Source: Octopus vulgaris (Eukaryota). Taken from it: a DNA stretch of 64,000 nucleotides. The stretch is taken from positions 90,954,001 through 91,018,000 of the forward strand of contig OX597824.1 in NCBI GenBank assembly GCA_951406725.2, given 5' to 3'. A program made the position numbers and the translations under genes. Positions 1-15,087 of the stretch are shown here, in pieces (the stretch's first letter is position 1; every line of letters starts with the position of its first letter). The notes below the pieces were generated by a model that was given only the letters and a program-made list of their open reading frames with translations, had not been told where the DNA came from and made no database searches.

Positions 1-110
1 ATCATCACCATCATCACCACCACCACCACCACAACCACCACTAATATCATCATCATCATCATCATCATCATCATTATCAAAGAATACCATCAACGCAACA
101 AACACCACCA

Positions 111-141
<31 letters not shown>

Positions 142-538
142 AACCAGCACCTCCATAACCACTTCTACCAACACTAGCACTCAACATTTCAGTCGATCTA
201 TCCCCCACCCCCACACCATTCGTCACCACCATCACCATCACCACCATCATCACCGCCGCCGCCGCCGCCGCCATCACCGTTTCCCGCCAACTTTTGCAGT
301 GTGCGCAGAGTGTGTTGTTCGACTGCATCGAGAGATGCAATCCGGATGACTGGTGTCTGGCTGTGTATGGGTAATTAGGTTAGTGTCAACTCGTGGATGG
401 CTCTGATGGTTGTGTCAATGGATTGGAGGGAGGAGGAGAAGAAGGAGAAGGAGAGGGAGGAGGAAGGGGAGCGTGAGGGAAGATTCGAACGTTGCCGTCT
501 CCACTACCGCAACCACCACCACCACCGCTACCACCACA

Positions 539-585
<47 letters not shown>

Positions 586-860
586 CCCTTATCCTCACCT
601 TTATCCTCCCCCTCCTCCTCCTTATCATCATCATCGTCATCGTCATCGTCAGCATTGTCTTCAACATCATCATCGCCATCATCATCATCCTCCTCCTCCT
701 CATCATCATCATCATCATCGCCATCATCATCATTGCGTCACCATCATCGTCATAACCATCATCAACGTCATCATCATCATCGTCATAATCATCATCAACG
801 TCATCATCATCAACGTCATCATCGTCATCGCCATCACCGTTCTCATTCTTGTCATCATCA
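1..860. repeat. CAT/CAC/CCG triplet low-complexity region
   Basis: Direct inspection. Confidence 0.85.
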
Positions 861-1229
861 CCGTCGCCAAGCCCCTACCTAGGTTGTCGATACCATCAGC
901 AAATCCCCCCACCATATTTCTGCACGTCCAGAAAACATATCTCACCATGTTTTTCTTTATGTTTCCGCAAGAAATAACAACTAAATCTCCTTAAACGCAT
1001 ATTCTAGCCTCTAAAAAAAAGCCTAAGTTGCATTGGACAGAGGAGTCTTAGACAGATAAAACGAGGTGGTTACGAGTGGAACGTCTTTGATCCTAGGTCT
1101 TCTCAATCAGATTGATCTGGGACAAAACAATAACATAGAAATTGCAGTAAAACTGTCTTCAAATCATATCCTGTTCAAATCAATAATGGTTAAATCAATA
1201 AATCGAAGCGCCTGAAACCTCATATTTTA

Positions 1230-2290
1230 AAGCAGATAGCAAACGACTGTATTTGTCGGAACAAAAATATGTGTCTCCCATGGAAAATGCATGAATTTGG
1301 GTTCATTTAGCTGTTAAAACAAAGTGTGTCAGCTTCACTTGAAATTATGTTATTTCCGATAAAGCTCGCTACTCTTATAACTTAATGTCCGTTCCATTTA
1401 GATGGTCGAAAATGTGAATAGTGAACGTTAAATTGCACAACCATTCTACCATTCTCATGTTACTTAATAATTCTTCTCTTAGATTCTCACTCTTCAGTAG
1501 AACCTTTTCCAAACATCAGCGACACTCATAGCTATGATACAGTACACTTAAATATTCACATTTCGTGTCATTCAGTAAACTTCTGAAGTGGTTAGCACCA
1601 TGGCTCTGATTAGACTAATGACACGGATTGCAGAATTAATTGCATGCATAAAATCTAAGACTGATTACACAGTCCTTCCTCATGAATAATGGTATGATAA
1701 CTGCGTAAAGTGAATGCTCGTTTTTCGTTTTATTATTTAGCAGCTTTATGAGACCAGCATGTTTTCTGGTAAATGAAGTGGCACCGTCTGTTATTATGCT
1801 TACCAATTTCATCTGATTCAAATTATATCTACCCAAGCAGTTTTTAATGACCATACAAACCTTGGCCAGTTGTGGTTTCCTTTAATGGTTCAAATGACGG
1901 GAACACTTCACTAATTACAAAATTATCACCAATTGCATTATTAAATACGTGTAGCTGTGCTGTTGTCTTGTATATCAGTTCTCTTAGTGTCACAGTGTGC
2001 CACACGAACGACTTTTCGCTGTTCGGACATTCTGCAAAACAACGTCAAGACGACGTCCTATAGTTCTCTCCTCGACTTATGACACAACCTCAATATCTGC
2101 TTCACTCCTGGGACGACGGCATCTGGGAAAAAGATGAAAAGACTGCATCAATTATGCAGTCCTCTAAAGCTTCGGCTTCAGAAAATGGTTTGTTCTGTTT
2201 GGCAAAAGATCTGAACTTGGAGCGGCTTTTGAGATCCATGTGCTTCCTGAGCACTGTAGTTTTCCTGCCTCTGCTTTAGCATGTTATTGT
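1230..2290 (-). pseudogene. Degenerate hAT transposase (GTF2IRD2/SPIN/Buster-like)
   Basis: Broken-frame motifs AKQNKPFSEAE..DCI, TAQLHVF, PLKETTTG and LVSIITDGATS. Confidence 0.7.
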
Positions 2291-4291
2291 TGAACTTCTC
2301 CTTATGCTACTGCCATCGTCATTCACACACTTTTCGCCACACGTACTCCTATATTTACTCCGGTTCATTTTGTGGCACCAACATCGCCATTTAACCTCCA
2401 TCAATCACGTGACCATTTTTACCCCCATGTGAAAGCTAAACTTGCACCTCACCATCATATCACACACACTTCTCACCCGCCACATTAATTCATATAGTCA
2501 TAGTTCTATACATATAAAGATGAAACTACCCATCACCACCATCACCATCAACACGTCATTAAGAATATACCATTAAGAAATTCCTACATCTTTGTGAATT
2601 AGATAAGTTTTAAAGACATTATAATGATGCGCTGAAATTGAGCGGTTTTATTAATAAAATTACATATAGTAACCCAACATCCAAACCAGTGGAATAAAAG
2701 AGAGACAGAAATACAACTTGGTATAACCCACCTTACACTTCAGTGCGTCTTGACTTTACTAACATTTTTTTAATTGTTGTAAAACACACACACTACTGCA
2801 GCAATAAATATTCTAAGATTATCTATTACAACCGCATTAACGTTTCTTTATTCTGCTTCACCTAATATCAGAGTAACATTGTTCAATGCGAATAGACCCA
2901 AACTGTCGGACCACAATGGTATTTAGCATTTCATATACTGTAATCATAGAGTTGAACGAAGATGCACAAATAAAATTATTACAGACTGAGAAACGGTGAA
3001 TACTAATAACGTTTCAAAGTCTTGCGTTAGGTTCATATAGAACTTCAAGCATTTTCATAGCATCTTGAATCCGCCTATAACTAAAGTTTGTCAGCTTCCA
3101 TTTCTCAACTTTCCTTTGGATTTTTTTAATACAAAGCAGGAATTAATTCATGCAGAAAAGCCAAAAGTTATTCCAAAAAGCCGTGTAAATCCTGTACTTT
3201 AGAAACAACTGTTTTCAAGGGATTCCTTTCTTGAACAAACATTATCTCACGCTGTTTACATAGACGATACGGAACGCTTAAATTTTGCGTAATTTTGTGA
3301 AATAATAGGATTAGAGGGACGACCCTCTTCCTTTATTCAACGAATTTCAGATAAAGACAACACAGAGTACAATAATTCATCTAATAATTTTTTTGTGTAC
3401 CAAATAAGCTGTTAGTGACTGCCTCTAAGTGGTTGTAAGACATACGTGTACCGAAAACTGTCGCTGGAAATGTTTTCGCGTATAATTCTACTTCTGGGAT
3501 ATCTAAAATTATTCTTATCGTTATTTTAATAAGACATTCGTTTTACTTTAACGTGAAAGGATTTATAATATCTAAGAACATTATTTTTATTCTATTTCAA
3601 TGTTTCTTTTCAAATAATCGTTATAAAACTCTTTGTATTCTGAATATCATTTTCCATGCTATTCTCCTATCACATCTGATGTGGGGAGAGACGAATGTTT
3701 AAAGAACGTGATTCTACTTAAAATCACGATTGTACCTATTTAAAAAAATTTTTTTCTCTATTTTTACATCATTTACAAATTCTATCACTTTCTTTCCGCG
3801 TGCCACCCATCAAACTTTATACCCTTCTATATATGCATTGTTGTAAACGCGTATTTTTTTTTTGGTGGGGGGGGTACTTCTTTTGAAGAATTCAAGAAAT
3901 CACAAATGTCATAAAATATTCTTGCTTCACAATTTCTCTCCACTCTACTTTTAGTATTGAGTGCTTTCCAACGTTGTTGTGTCTGGGCTTGTACTATTGA
4001 GAACTGTTCTTATTATTATCATTATTATTAAGGCAGTGAACAGGAAGAATCGTTAGCACGCCGGACAAAATGCTTAGCGACATTTCTTCCGGTTTTACGT
4101 TCTGCGTTCAAATTCCGCAGAAGCCGACAATGCCTTTTGTTCTTTCGGGGTCGATAAAATAAGTACCAGTCACACACTGAGATCGATGTAATCGACTTTC
4201 CCTTACTTCAAACTTGCTGGCCTTGTGTCACAATTTGAAATCATCGTCATCATCATCATCATCATTATCATCATCATCATCATCATCGTCA

Positions 4292-4412
<121 letters not shown>

Positions 4413-4625
4413 GGATGGTGAGCTGGCAGAATCGTTAGCATGCCGGGCAATATGCTTAGGGTTATTTTGCTTGTCGCTACGTTCTGAGTTCAAATTCAGC
4501 CGAGGTCGAATTTGCCTTCCATCCTTTCGGGGTCAATAAATTAAGTACCAGTGAAACAATGGGGTCGATGAAGTCGGCTAGTCCCCGCCCACAAATTTTC
4601 AGACATTGTACCTTTAGTAGAAAGG

Positions 4626-4684
<59 letters not shown>

Positions 4685-4685
<1 letters not shown>

Positions 4686-5245
4686 GAGTGAGTGAGAGAC
4701 TATTGCATGCCATCAAAGTAAAACTGGGGTAAAATATACGAAGCCCAGTATACCCATCATAACTACCCGTCTGATGAGAGTACACTAGGCACATGCATTA
4801 CAACCATATGTGCGCGACATGGTGAATTCATATCAGTATAAACAGCGCATGACCTTGCGGGTGGGACCCAGATAGAATTTTCTTAAGGTTGGGTAACCCA
4901 TCCCACTCAAAAGGTCCCTGATTAAGGGTTGTTTAAGGATGTTGAATGAAACACCCATGTTTCCAGAGGTGAATCATTCAAATCCCAAAGAATCCCTCCC
5001 AACACACAGCTGTGATGCTCCCCCACTACTTCTGCTCATGATCAGAGACGCACATATCGTCAGCCACTAAGGGACATGCTCAACTGGTTAAGGTCAAACA
5101 ACTGACAAGCAAATTTATGGCACTGAGGAGAATATTTACTGCAACTCTTTCTTTTACACCAAGACAAAACAATGTACATGATAACACTTCCAATCAGTTA
5201 AGATCAGAAGCCATGAGAGTCACTGCCTGGCACTGCATCAGGGAA
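4685..5245 (-). mobile_element. Non-coding interspersed repeat inserted in a (TTA)n tract
   Basis: Flanked by TTA repeats on both sides; related end fragment at 17122-17180. Confidence 0.5.
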
Positions 5246-5299
5246 CTATTATTATTATAATTATTGTTGTTGTTGTTGTTGTTAAAAATTTTACACGCT

Positions 5300-5560
5300 A
5301 TAATTGTTTGCTTAGTCTTTCATAATCCCTTCATCTCTCTGACTAGGTCTTGATATTTCTTAATTTTTTCAGTTTCTTTGCTCTCCTCTCCGTTATCAGA
5401 GGGTATTTCAGAGTTTCTGATCTTGCACTGTTTGCTTCTGTAGTTTGCTGCAATTATACCTGGTCCGTTGACTTCGATGGTATGATCTGTCTTTATGGAG
5501 AGATCATATAAAATCTTGAAAATATTATTCAAAATCACGATCCACTTTCTTGTGCCTTAG
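5300..5560 (-). pseudogene. R4/Dong-like non-LTR fragment (restriction-like endonuclease region)
   Basis: KILYDLSIKTDHTIE..PGII...IPSD...KETEKIKKYQDLVREM resembles the WDF.IQTD..I...PD...KE.EK..KY.DL motif. Confidence 0.65.
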
Positions 5561-5572
5561 ATCCACACACTC

Positions 5573-5649
<77 letters not shown>

Positions 5650-6110
5650 GTGTGTGTGTGTAAGCTTATTCAATAGGTCACCAATACTTTCATCTCCTTT
5701 CTCACAGATTCTGCGTTGCACTCTGGCTGCGCTCTGTCAATTTTTGCTTTTATCATATTCATCCTAATGGCTTGTTTAATCGACCCTGAAAAGATGAAAG
5801 GCAAAATCGACCTCGGCGGAATTTGAACTCACAACGTAACGGCAGACGAAATACCTATTTCTTTACTACCCACAAGGAGCTAAACACAGAGGGGACAAAC
5901 AAGGACAGACATAGGTATTAAGTCGATTACATCGACCCCAGTGCGTAACTGGTACTTAATTTATCGACCCCGAAAGGATGAAAGGCAAAGTCGACCTCGG
6001 CGGAATTTGAACTCACAACGTAACGCAGACGAAATACCGCTAGGCATTTCGCCCGGCGTGCTAACGTTTCTGTCAGCTCGCCACCTTATACGTATATATA
6101 ATATCATCAA

Positions 6111-6177
<67 letters not shown>

Positions 6178-7646
6178 GTATTCCATACCTTCTTTCTGTC
6201 ACTGCCCTTAATAAACTATGTTTGAGGTTGCTGGGACCGATGGAATATATGCCAGACATTTCTTCGAGTCGGTTTCTTTTTATCGATTGCGATTAATTAT
6301 AGACACCCACCTCTTCTATACATTCACTTCTTTGAACCTAAGCCCCAAATCACCTCCACGCACACACGGTAACAAACACGCACGTATATATGCAAATGTA
6401 TGTGTGCATATGCGTGGAAGTGTGTGCAATTGTATATGTGTATACGTGTGTATGAGCGTGTGTTCCTTTACTAGTTTTCATTTATTGCTGTTAGATTGTG
6501 CCCATTCTTGGGGTCAGGTTTTAATGATGTGATCGATGAAGTCACTCAAGGTCTAGACAGAGGCTGTCGCATTTTATCGGTAAGAAAAAAGGGATGAAAC
6601 ACACATACACACACACGCGATGGGCTTCTACGCAGGCTCCGTTTTACTAAAACCATCCTCACCCCTCGCCGGAGCATTAATCCGGCCGGTGCTATACTAG
6701 TAGAAGGATAGTTGCCTAATATGACGCGCAATGCGATTGAACCCGAAACAACGTTGTTTGTAGAGCGAGTGCGTTAACTGCATAGCCATGACTGCAACTA
6801 TAAACGTATGCATCAAATATGTGAGTCTGCGTGTGTATATGCATGCATGCATGTATGGATGGATGGGTGGATGGGTGGATGGATGGGTGGATGGATGGAT
6901 TATGTATACCCCACACACACACACATATATGTATTCTTTTTTATTCTTTCATTTGTTTCAGCCGTTTGACTGCGACCATGCTGGAGCACCACCTTTAGTC
7001 CAACGAATCGACCCCCAGGACTTATTCTTTGTAAACCTAGTACTTATTCTATCGGTCTCTTCTTGCCGAACCTCTAAGTTACGGGGACGTAAATACACTG
7101 ACATTTCGCCCTGCGTGCTAACGTTTCTGCCAGCTCGCCGCCTCTTCTGCCACGTAGCAAACTTCTTACCACACAGAGACGTGGCAGTTATCTCTACCGG
7201 ATCGAAATATCACACAGAGGTGCCCCAACTGGCTCGGAAATAGCGATGGCTTCGTCGATTAGGATGAATTGTCCCACATTCTCAAATATTTTTGAATTTC
7301 GGAGAAGTGAATGTTCAAGGGAGATAACTCAAACTGACTTACGTTGAATGTTAACCAAAACTCCCCAGAATTTCTTACTCTTTTTTCTTTTCTTTCTTTC
7401 TTTATTTATTTATTTAATATGAAGAATGTCCAATATAGTGAAAAAAACGAAGATTAATCAATGAGCGATAATCTCAATCGGCTGAGTGGTAAGAAGGTCG
7501 TTTTGCGAGCACGTGGATCTGAGTTCAGTCCCACTACGTGGCTCCTCGAGCAAGTGTCTTCTACTAAAGCCCCCACCCCTGGGTCAGTTACTGCCTAGTG
7601 CGTGAATACGGTAGACAGAAACTGTGTAGACGCTCGTCGTATACAT

Positions 7647-7701
<55 letters not shown>

Positions 7702-9084
7702 TGTTTGTTGTTGCCTCACACCAGCGCTTGGCAACCGGTGTCGGTTTGTTTACATCTCTATAACTTAGAGACCGATTGAATGAATAAATGTTGGTGGGGT
7801 CAATTCGTTTGACTAAAACACGTCAAGGTGATGCCCCAGCATGGCCGCGGTCCAATGACTGAAACAAACAAAAAGATAAAAAAATATGAAAGATGGAATC
7901 CATACAATAAACCAAGAGGGGAAAGCATTGTCACAAGAGAATGAGGGGGGGTCTTATGATTTGCGGGGAGGGCCGGGGCACAGTTAATGGCACCTCAAAG
8001 TGTTCGCTCGGTTTAGTAGAAATAGTAGCGAAGTCTTCCTCAAGGCTCACCCAGATAATGTAGTCGTGGTAGACTGTTAACCTGAAAAAAAACGGAGTGG
8101 TCATGGCTGGAATTCCTTTGACCTGGGGTTAATTATCGTTGACTACAAACTTAAATCGATCGAATTCTGTTGGAATTTTTTTGTTTTTTCTTTTCACAAT
8201 CGTTATATGACAAGAAGTAAATCAGAGTTATTTCCCTTGCATCTGAGTAGATCGACCGTCGTAAAATTGTTCAGAAAAACACTACACACAAGGGGCTAAA
8301 CATATAGGGGACAAACAAGGACAGACAAACGGATTAAGTTGATTACATCGACCTCAGTACGTAACTGGTACTTATTTAATCGACCCCAAAAGGATGAATG
8401 CAAAGTCGACCTCGGCGGAATTTGAACTCAGAACGTAGCGGCAGACGAAATACCTATTTCTTTACTACCCACAAGGGGCTAAACACAGAGGGGACAAACA
8501 AGGACAGACAAACGGATTATGTCGATTATATCGATCCCAGTGCGTAACTGGTACTTTATTTATCGACCCCGAAAGGATGAAAGGCAAAGTCGACCTCGGT
8601 GGAATTTGAACTCAGAACGTAACGGCAGACGACATACGGCTACGCATTTCGCCCGACGTGCTAACGATTCTGCCAGCTCGCCGCCTTACTGTATGCAATA
8701 CCAAGGTCAAGCAGATGGCCAAAATGGACAAGGTTTACAAAGACCGTCCCAAGGGCACAGTGACGAACGCATGCGCCTGGTTCCAGAGCCTTGTTGAGGT
8801 CAGGGAGGAAGCTGAAGGCGGCTAATTTGAATAAACTGTTATCGACCTACCAACATTTTTTTTTTTAATATAGTAGAACCTCGCAGTACGAGAGTCCCAT
8901 TATACGAATAATTTGCTGTACGAGCCGAGACTCGTGCAAATTTTTGTCTTGATGTACGAGCAGAAATTCGCAATACGAGCGCACAAATCGTCCTATCTTT
9001 ATGATAATTGAGTTAATAAAACCAGTTTACAAGTAAACAGTGTGTGTGTGTGTGCGCGCGTGCGTGTGAGCGTGCGTGCGCGCA

Positions 9085-9560
9085 TCTATTATATAAAATC
9101 CGTTCTGTCTGTCTGTCTATGTGTGTGTCTTCTCGGATCTCGGGCAACCTCCATCCGATTGCGCTCAAATTTGATGTGTAGATACCGACAGTATCAGGGC
9201 GTGTATAAGTCTTGAAAAAGTTACGAAAATCGATTCCAGGTGAGAATGCGATCGATAAAGCCGTGGGAACGTGCATTTGTACGCGCAAGTACATCAACTG
9301 TTGCGATCTATACTACACGTACGCGAGAAAAATGCACGTGCAGTTTGCGCAAAAAAAGCCGGCTGGCTTGAAATAATGCCACAAAATGCAGTATATTTAA
9401 GAGACCAAAAAAGTAAGATGCAAAAGAGATATTTTCTTCAAACTTGGCATGAAGGAAGGGAAGACTATTTGGTTTCTCAAGAAGTTCTTTTTGCCTTAAC
9501 TTCGTTTAACAAAACCAAAAATTTTATTGAAATAAAGCAGGCTTAATTGTTTTTTAATGA
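9085..9560 (+). mobile_element. Helitron-like 5' fragment
   Basis: A|TCTATTATATAAAA start, (CTGT)n, CCGATT..AAATTTG; no 3' CTAG located, so the right boundary is uncertain. Confidence 0.45.
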
Positions 9561-10040
9561 AAAGAAAAGACTGATTGCTTTTTATTCCGCTGATATGATT
9601 CAGCACCGTCCATTGGACGGTGAAGGGGGGGGGCATTTTGCCCGTATATTATATTAGAAATCTCAGATTATTTGACGTCCATGTTGAACGGTAAACTAAA
9701 TTAGACAAATGAAATTAGATTCTGCTGTTGAATATTTCTATGATTTCTAAGCTTTGTTTCTTAATTGCCAGTTGGAAACCGCGCCTTCTAATTCACCCAT
9801 AATTTCCAATGTAGAACTTGACTGCATAATTAACCCAACGAATGTCGGTCGTGTCCAACTCGGTGTTAAAAATCCTTCCTGTTTCCGTTTACCAAATTCC
9901 TTCACAAGGCATTGGTCGGCCGCAGGTTAATAGCAGAAAACACTCGCTCGAAGCGCCACGCAGTGAGATTGAACCCGACACCCCCTGCTTGAAAAACGGC
10001 TTTCGTGCCCACAAAGATAGGGATCATCGCATATTGATTA

Positions 10041-10275
10041 CCGTAAATCCTCGAGTATACTCTTACTCTTTTACTCTTTTACTTGTTTCAGTCATTTTGA
10101 CTGCGGCCATGCTGGAGCACCGCCTTTAGTCGAGCAAATCGACCCCGGCACTTATTCTTTGTAAGCCTAGTACTTATTCTATCGGTCTCTTTTGCCGAAC
10201 CACTAAGTGACGGGGACGTAAACACACCAGCATCGGTTGTCAAGCAATGCTAGGGGGACAAACACAGACACACAA

Positions 10276-10342
<67 letters not shown>

Positions 10343-11002
10343 TACGACAGGCTTCTTTCAGTTTCCGTCTACCAAATCCACTCACAAGGCATTGGTCGGC
10401 CCGGGGCTATAGCACAAGACACTTGCCCAAGATGCCACGCAGTGGGACTGAACCCGGAACCATGTGGCTGGTTAGCAAGCTACTTACCACACAGCCACTC
10501 CTGCGCCTATAATCCGCATTTTCCCCAAAATTTAAAGGTCAAAATCTCTAGTGCGTACTATATACGAGGTTAAAAATGAAAAATACTTTCTAAGCAATGT
10601 CCGAGTCTCTATTTGCTGTCCGGCAATGTTTATTCAGACGCATTTTGTGATGTCGGGCGCGAAAATACCTTAAGCTAAGCCTGAAAGCAATGAAGTCATA
10701 AAAGAATCATCCATAACTTGTAGTAAGCAACATTTATTAAACGTTGTTACTGTTATTTCTTTATTTTCTGCAAACAAAATGCACAAAAAAGCTACACGTT
10801 TGCATTATGTTATATATACAATAATAATAAAGGATGTTACCGTCTACATTTTTACAAACCAAGGACGTTACACAGACCTCCTTGACTCAAGTTAGAGAAG
10901 GGGTGCGTATTATACACAAGGTTTAGGTTTTTCAGAGATACAGCCCCCTAAAAATACCCTGCATATTATACTCAAGGGCGGACTATACTCGAGGATTTAC
11001 GG
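10041..11002. mobile_element. Tc2/pogo-like MITE with a SINE inserted in its left TIR
   Basis: TIR CCGTAAATCCTCGAGTATA / TATACTCGAGGATTTACGG; TA on both sides. Confidence 0.8.
10060..10507 (-). mobile_element. tRNA-derived SINE family B, full length. Others near 7480-7880, 11188-11674, 17625-18424, 27610-28012, 34319-34652, 45883-46055, 54850-55217, 55790-55965, 56145-56318, 57520-57692
   Basis: Head GGCGCAGGAGTGGCTGTGTGGTAAG..GGTTCAGTCCC (A/B boxes), CORE-like CTTGGGCAAGTG, internal (TA)/(TG) tract, (GTAAAAGA) tail. Confidence 0.85.
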
Positions 11003-11058
11003 TATATTCACTTACTAAAACTACTAGTATCATTGATTAACATTTCCAAACTAACATC

Positions 11059-11736
<678 letters not shown>

Positions 11737-11854
11737 CAACTTTAATCTTTATGCTCTCCAACGTCGCCGACAGTTCACCAATACATCAAACTGTTCCTGA
11801 GAAAAGAAAGGAAACAACAACAACAAAAAAACCATCAAATTTATCGCGAACTCC

Positions 11855-11914
<60 letters not shown>

Positions 11915-11926
11915 GTATATATATAT

Positions 11927-11969
<43 letters not shown>

Positions 11970-12435
11970 ACGCGCACACACACACAACCACTCCCACCTC
12001 ATCCGAAATTTCTAATCAAGCGTCTTACTTCCATGTAATCTTTAATTAACATTCAAGTGGTCAACACATCCGACCAATGTCCACCGGTGTTGCTGCTGTT
12101 GTTGTACCGGTCAGTATCGGATCTGATTAGTTTGGAGACAGGACATAATCTAATCCAATCGTCTTAAAACCTGTTTCAGCAGGGTTACACCGCTTCTCCT
12201 TATCTCTGTTTTCCTTTCATCTGCTTTTGTTGTTGTTATTGTTGGTCGTGTTGTTGTTGTTGTTGCTGTGGTTGTTGTTATGTGATGTTGTTGTTGTTTT
12301 TGTTTTTCGTTTGTTGTTTATCTTGTTCGTTTTTGTTTTTTTTTTATAAAAATTCAATCGTCTCAAAACATATACGATTTCAATTAACAACCCGTTGTGT
12401 TATTTTTGGAGTGAGTGATATGTGTGTGTGTGCTT

Positions 12436-12554
<119 letters not shown>

Positions 12555-12750
12555 TTTTAGGGTACTGAGGTTTGCTGCAATACCCCTCTAAATGCTGGCC
12601 TCAATATCTCATCAGCGGGTAAAAAAGTTGTGTAAGTGTTTCGGCCCCTCTTACTGTAACACCAGAGCTGCGAAGGGCCACTTGCATAAGTAGGGGACAA
12701 AACTTCCTCACAACAGGCCGAGCTTTGTTGTGCCAGATGTTGCGAATCTC

Positions 12751-13333
12751 AAGGCGGCGAGCTGGCAGACACGTTAGCACGCCGGGCGGAATGCTGAGCG
12801 GTATTTCGTCTACCGTTACGTTCTGAGTTCAAATTCCGCCGAGGTCGATTTTGCCTTTCATCCTTTCGGAGTCGATAAATTAAGTACCAGTTATGCACTG
12901 GGGTCGATGTAGTCAACTTAATCCGTTTGTCTGTCCTTGTTTGTCCTCTCTGTGTTTAGCCCTTTGTGGGTAGTAAAGAAATAGGTATTTCGTCTGCCGT
13001 TACGTTCTGAGTTCAAATTCCGCCGAGGTCGATTTTGTCTTTCATCCTTTTGGAGTCGATAAATTAAGTACCAGTTATGCACTGGGGTCGATGTAGTCAA
13101 CTTAATCCGTTTGTCTGTCCTTGTTTGTCCTCTCTGTGTTTAGCCCTTTGTGGGTAGTAAAGAAATAGGTATTTCGTCTGCCGCTACGTTCTGAGTTCAA
13201 ATTCTACCGAGGTCGACTTTGCCTTTCATCCTTTCGGGGTCGATAAATTTAGTACCAGTTGCGCACTGGAGTCGATATAATCGACTGGCCTCCACCCCTA
13301 AAATTTTGGGCCTTGTGCCTAGAGTAGAAAAGA
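12751..13333 (+). mobile_element. tRNA-derived SINE family A, concatemeric copy. Others near 4030-4240, 4410-4626, 5775-6087, 8280-8687, 13550-14123, 25757-25920, 43550-43752, 46598-46737, 56838-57133, 58587-58715, 61765-62197
   Basis: Head AAGGCGGCGAGCTGGCAGA..GAGTTCAAATTCC; body CCTTTCATCCTTTCGGGGTCGATAAA..GTACCAG; more than 10 copies in window. Confidence 0.85.
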
Positions 13334-14317
13334 TGTTTCGAATCTGGGCCAGAATGTTTCTACCGTCCTCATGCAGTACCACTCCTCCTCTCCCATGAGC
13401 CAGATGTAATGGCCTGCTTTCCCAGCGGCTTCTATCAATTTTCTGGTTTCGCCATTTCTCTCCTTCGCAACTAGTCCAAGATTTCTGCGCATCGAGTAAA
13501 CTCAAATTCCAACAAATCCTCTGATACTTGTCCTCTACAGGTTGGTATATTGATTTCAAATTTTGGCACAAGGCCAGCAGGTTTGATGAAGGGGCTAAGT
13601 CGATTACATCGACCCCAGTGTTCAACTGATACTTATTTTATCGACCCCGAAAGGATGAAAGGCAAAGTCGACCTCGGTGGAGTTTGAACTCGGTACGTAC
13701 CTCTAAGCATTCTGCCCGGCATGCTAACGATTCTTATTTCTTTATTGCCCACAAGGGGCTAAACATAGAGGGAACAAACAAGGACAGACAAACGGATTAA
13801 ATTAATACATCGAACCCAGTGCGTAACTGGTACTTAATTTATCGACCCCGAAATGATGAAAGGCAAAGTCGACCTCGGCGGAATTTGAACTCAGAATGTA
13901 ACGGCAGACGAAATACCTATTTCTTTACTACATACAAGGGGCTAAGCACAGAGGGGACAAACAAGGACAGACAAACGGATTAAGTCGATTAGATCGACCC
14001 CAGTGCGAAAGGATGAAAGGCAAAGTCGACCTCGTCGGAATTTGAACTCAGAACGTAACGGCAGATGAAATACTGCTAAGCATTTCGCCCGGCGTGCTAA
14101 CGATTCTGCCAGCTCGCCACCTTCACGGGAAGATACATTGCCACGCGTTCAATGTTTCCTCAGAGTTTAAGCAACTCATTGTATTTTCTGCTTTTTCCTG
14201 ACGAAAGCATCTTTGATGTTTGCATTCTCAGGGAACCCTCAGCTCAACCATCTTTTATCGCTTTCATTTCTTTGCACTTTATAACAAGATAAGATGTTAG
14301 TGTTGCTGTTGCAGTTG

Positions 14318-15087
14318 TCGTAACTGTTGAGGAACTAGCAGAGAAGCTTGAATTTGGTCACTCAACCATTCATCGACACCTGTGTGCCATAGGAAAGATC
14401 AGCAAATTGGGTCAATGGGTTCCACACAAACTTTTCGAGTCTAATCGCGTGCAGAGAGTGAACATGCGCTCTTCCTTGCTGTTACGTCTCACGAATAAAC
14501 CCTTTTTAAACTGAATAGTGATTAGTGACGAGAAATGGACCTTCAGCCACGTAAGGTGTTCTTATCTGTTTGGTGGGATATGAAAGGTTTAGGCCACTTT
14601 GAACTTTTAAACCCAAACCAAATGATAACAAAGGATATCTACTGCGAGCAGCTTCAGTGGCTTAAGTCAGCGCTAGAAGAAAAACGACCATCTTTGATTT
14701 CTAGAAGAGGGATGTTCTTCCATCAGGATAATGCTCGACCACATGCAGCGAGGATGACATTCCAAAGACTGGTGCAGTTTGAATGGGAAACGATGCTCCA
14801 CCCACCATATTCCCCAGACATTGCCCCATCTGATTATCATTTATTCCGCTGTCTTCAAAATGATTTGGACGGAAAAAATATGAATTCTGTCGACGAGGTC
14901 AGAACATTATCGGAAGAGTATTTTTCGTTAGGGACAAGTGTATTTTGGAAGAGGGGCCTTGCAATTCCACTAGATGGATGAAAGGAGAGTATATTTTAGA
15001 ATAAAAAAGAACTTTGTTTATCTTAATTTTGAGAAATAAAAGAAGTATAAAAAAAACCCCGCATTATTTATGGGATGACCCAATATA
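14318..15087 (+). pseudogene. 5'-truncated mariner transposon
   Basis: WVPHKL, SDEKW, HQDNARPH, HPPYSPDIAPSDYHLF; right TIR ..TATGGGATGACCCAATA-TA; in-frame stop and deletion. Confidence 0.9.

Noticed and set aside
77-480. Minus-strand Gly/Ala-rich ORF that might belong to a neighbouring gene
   Set aside because: Low complexity, with no recognisable domain or splice pattern; cannot be supported
4765-4800. CTGATGAG possible hammerhead core
   Set aside because: No stem II plus GAAA follows; the related copy near 17171 reads CTGATAAG
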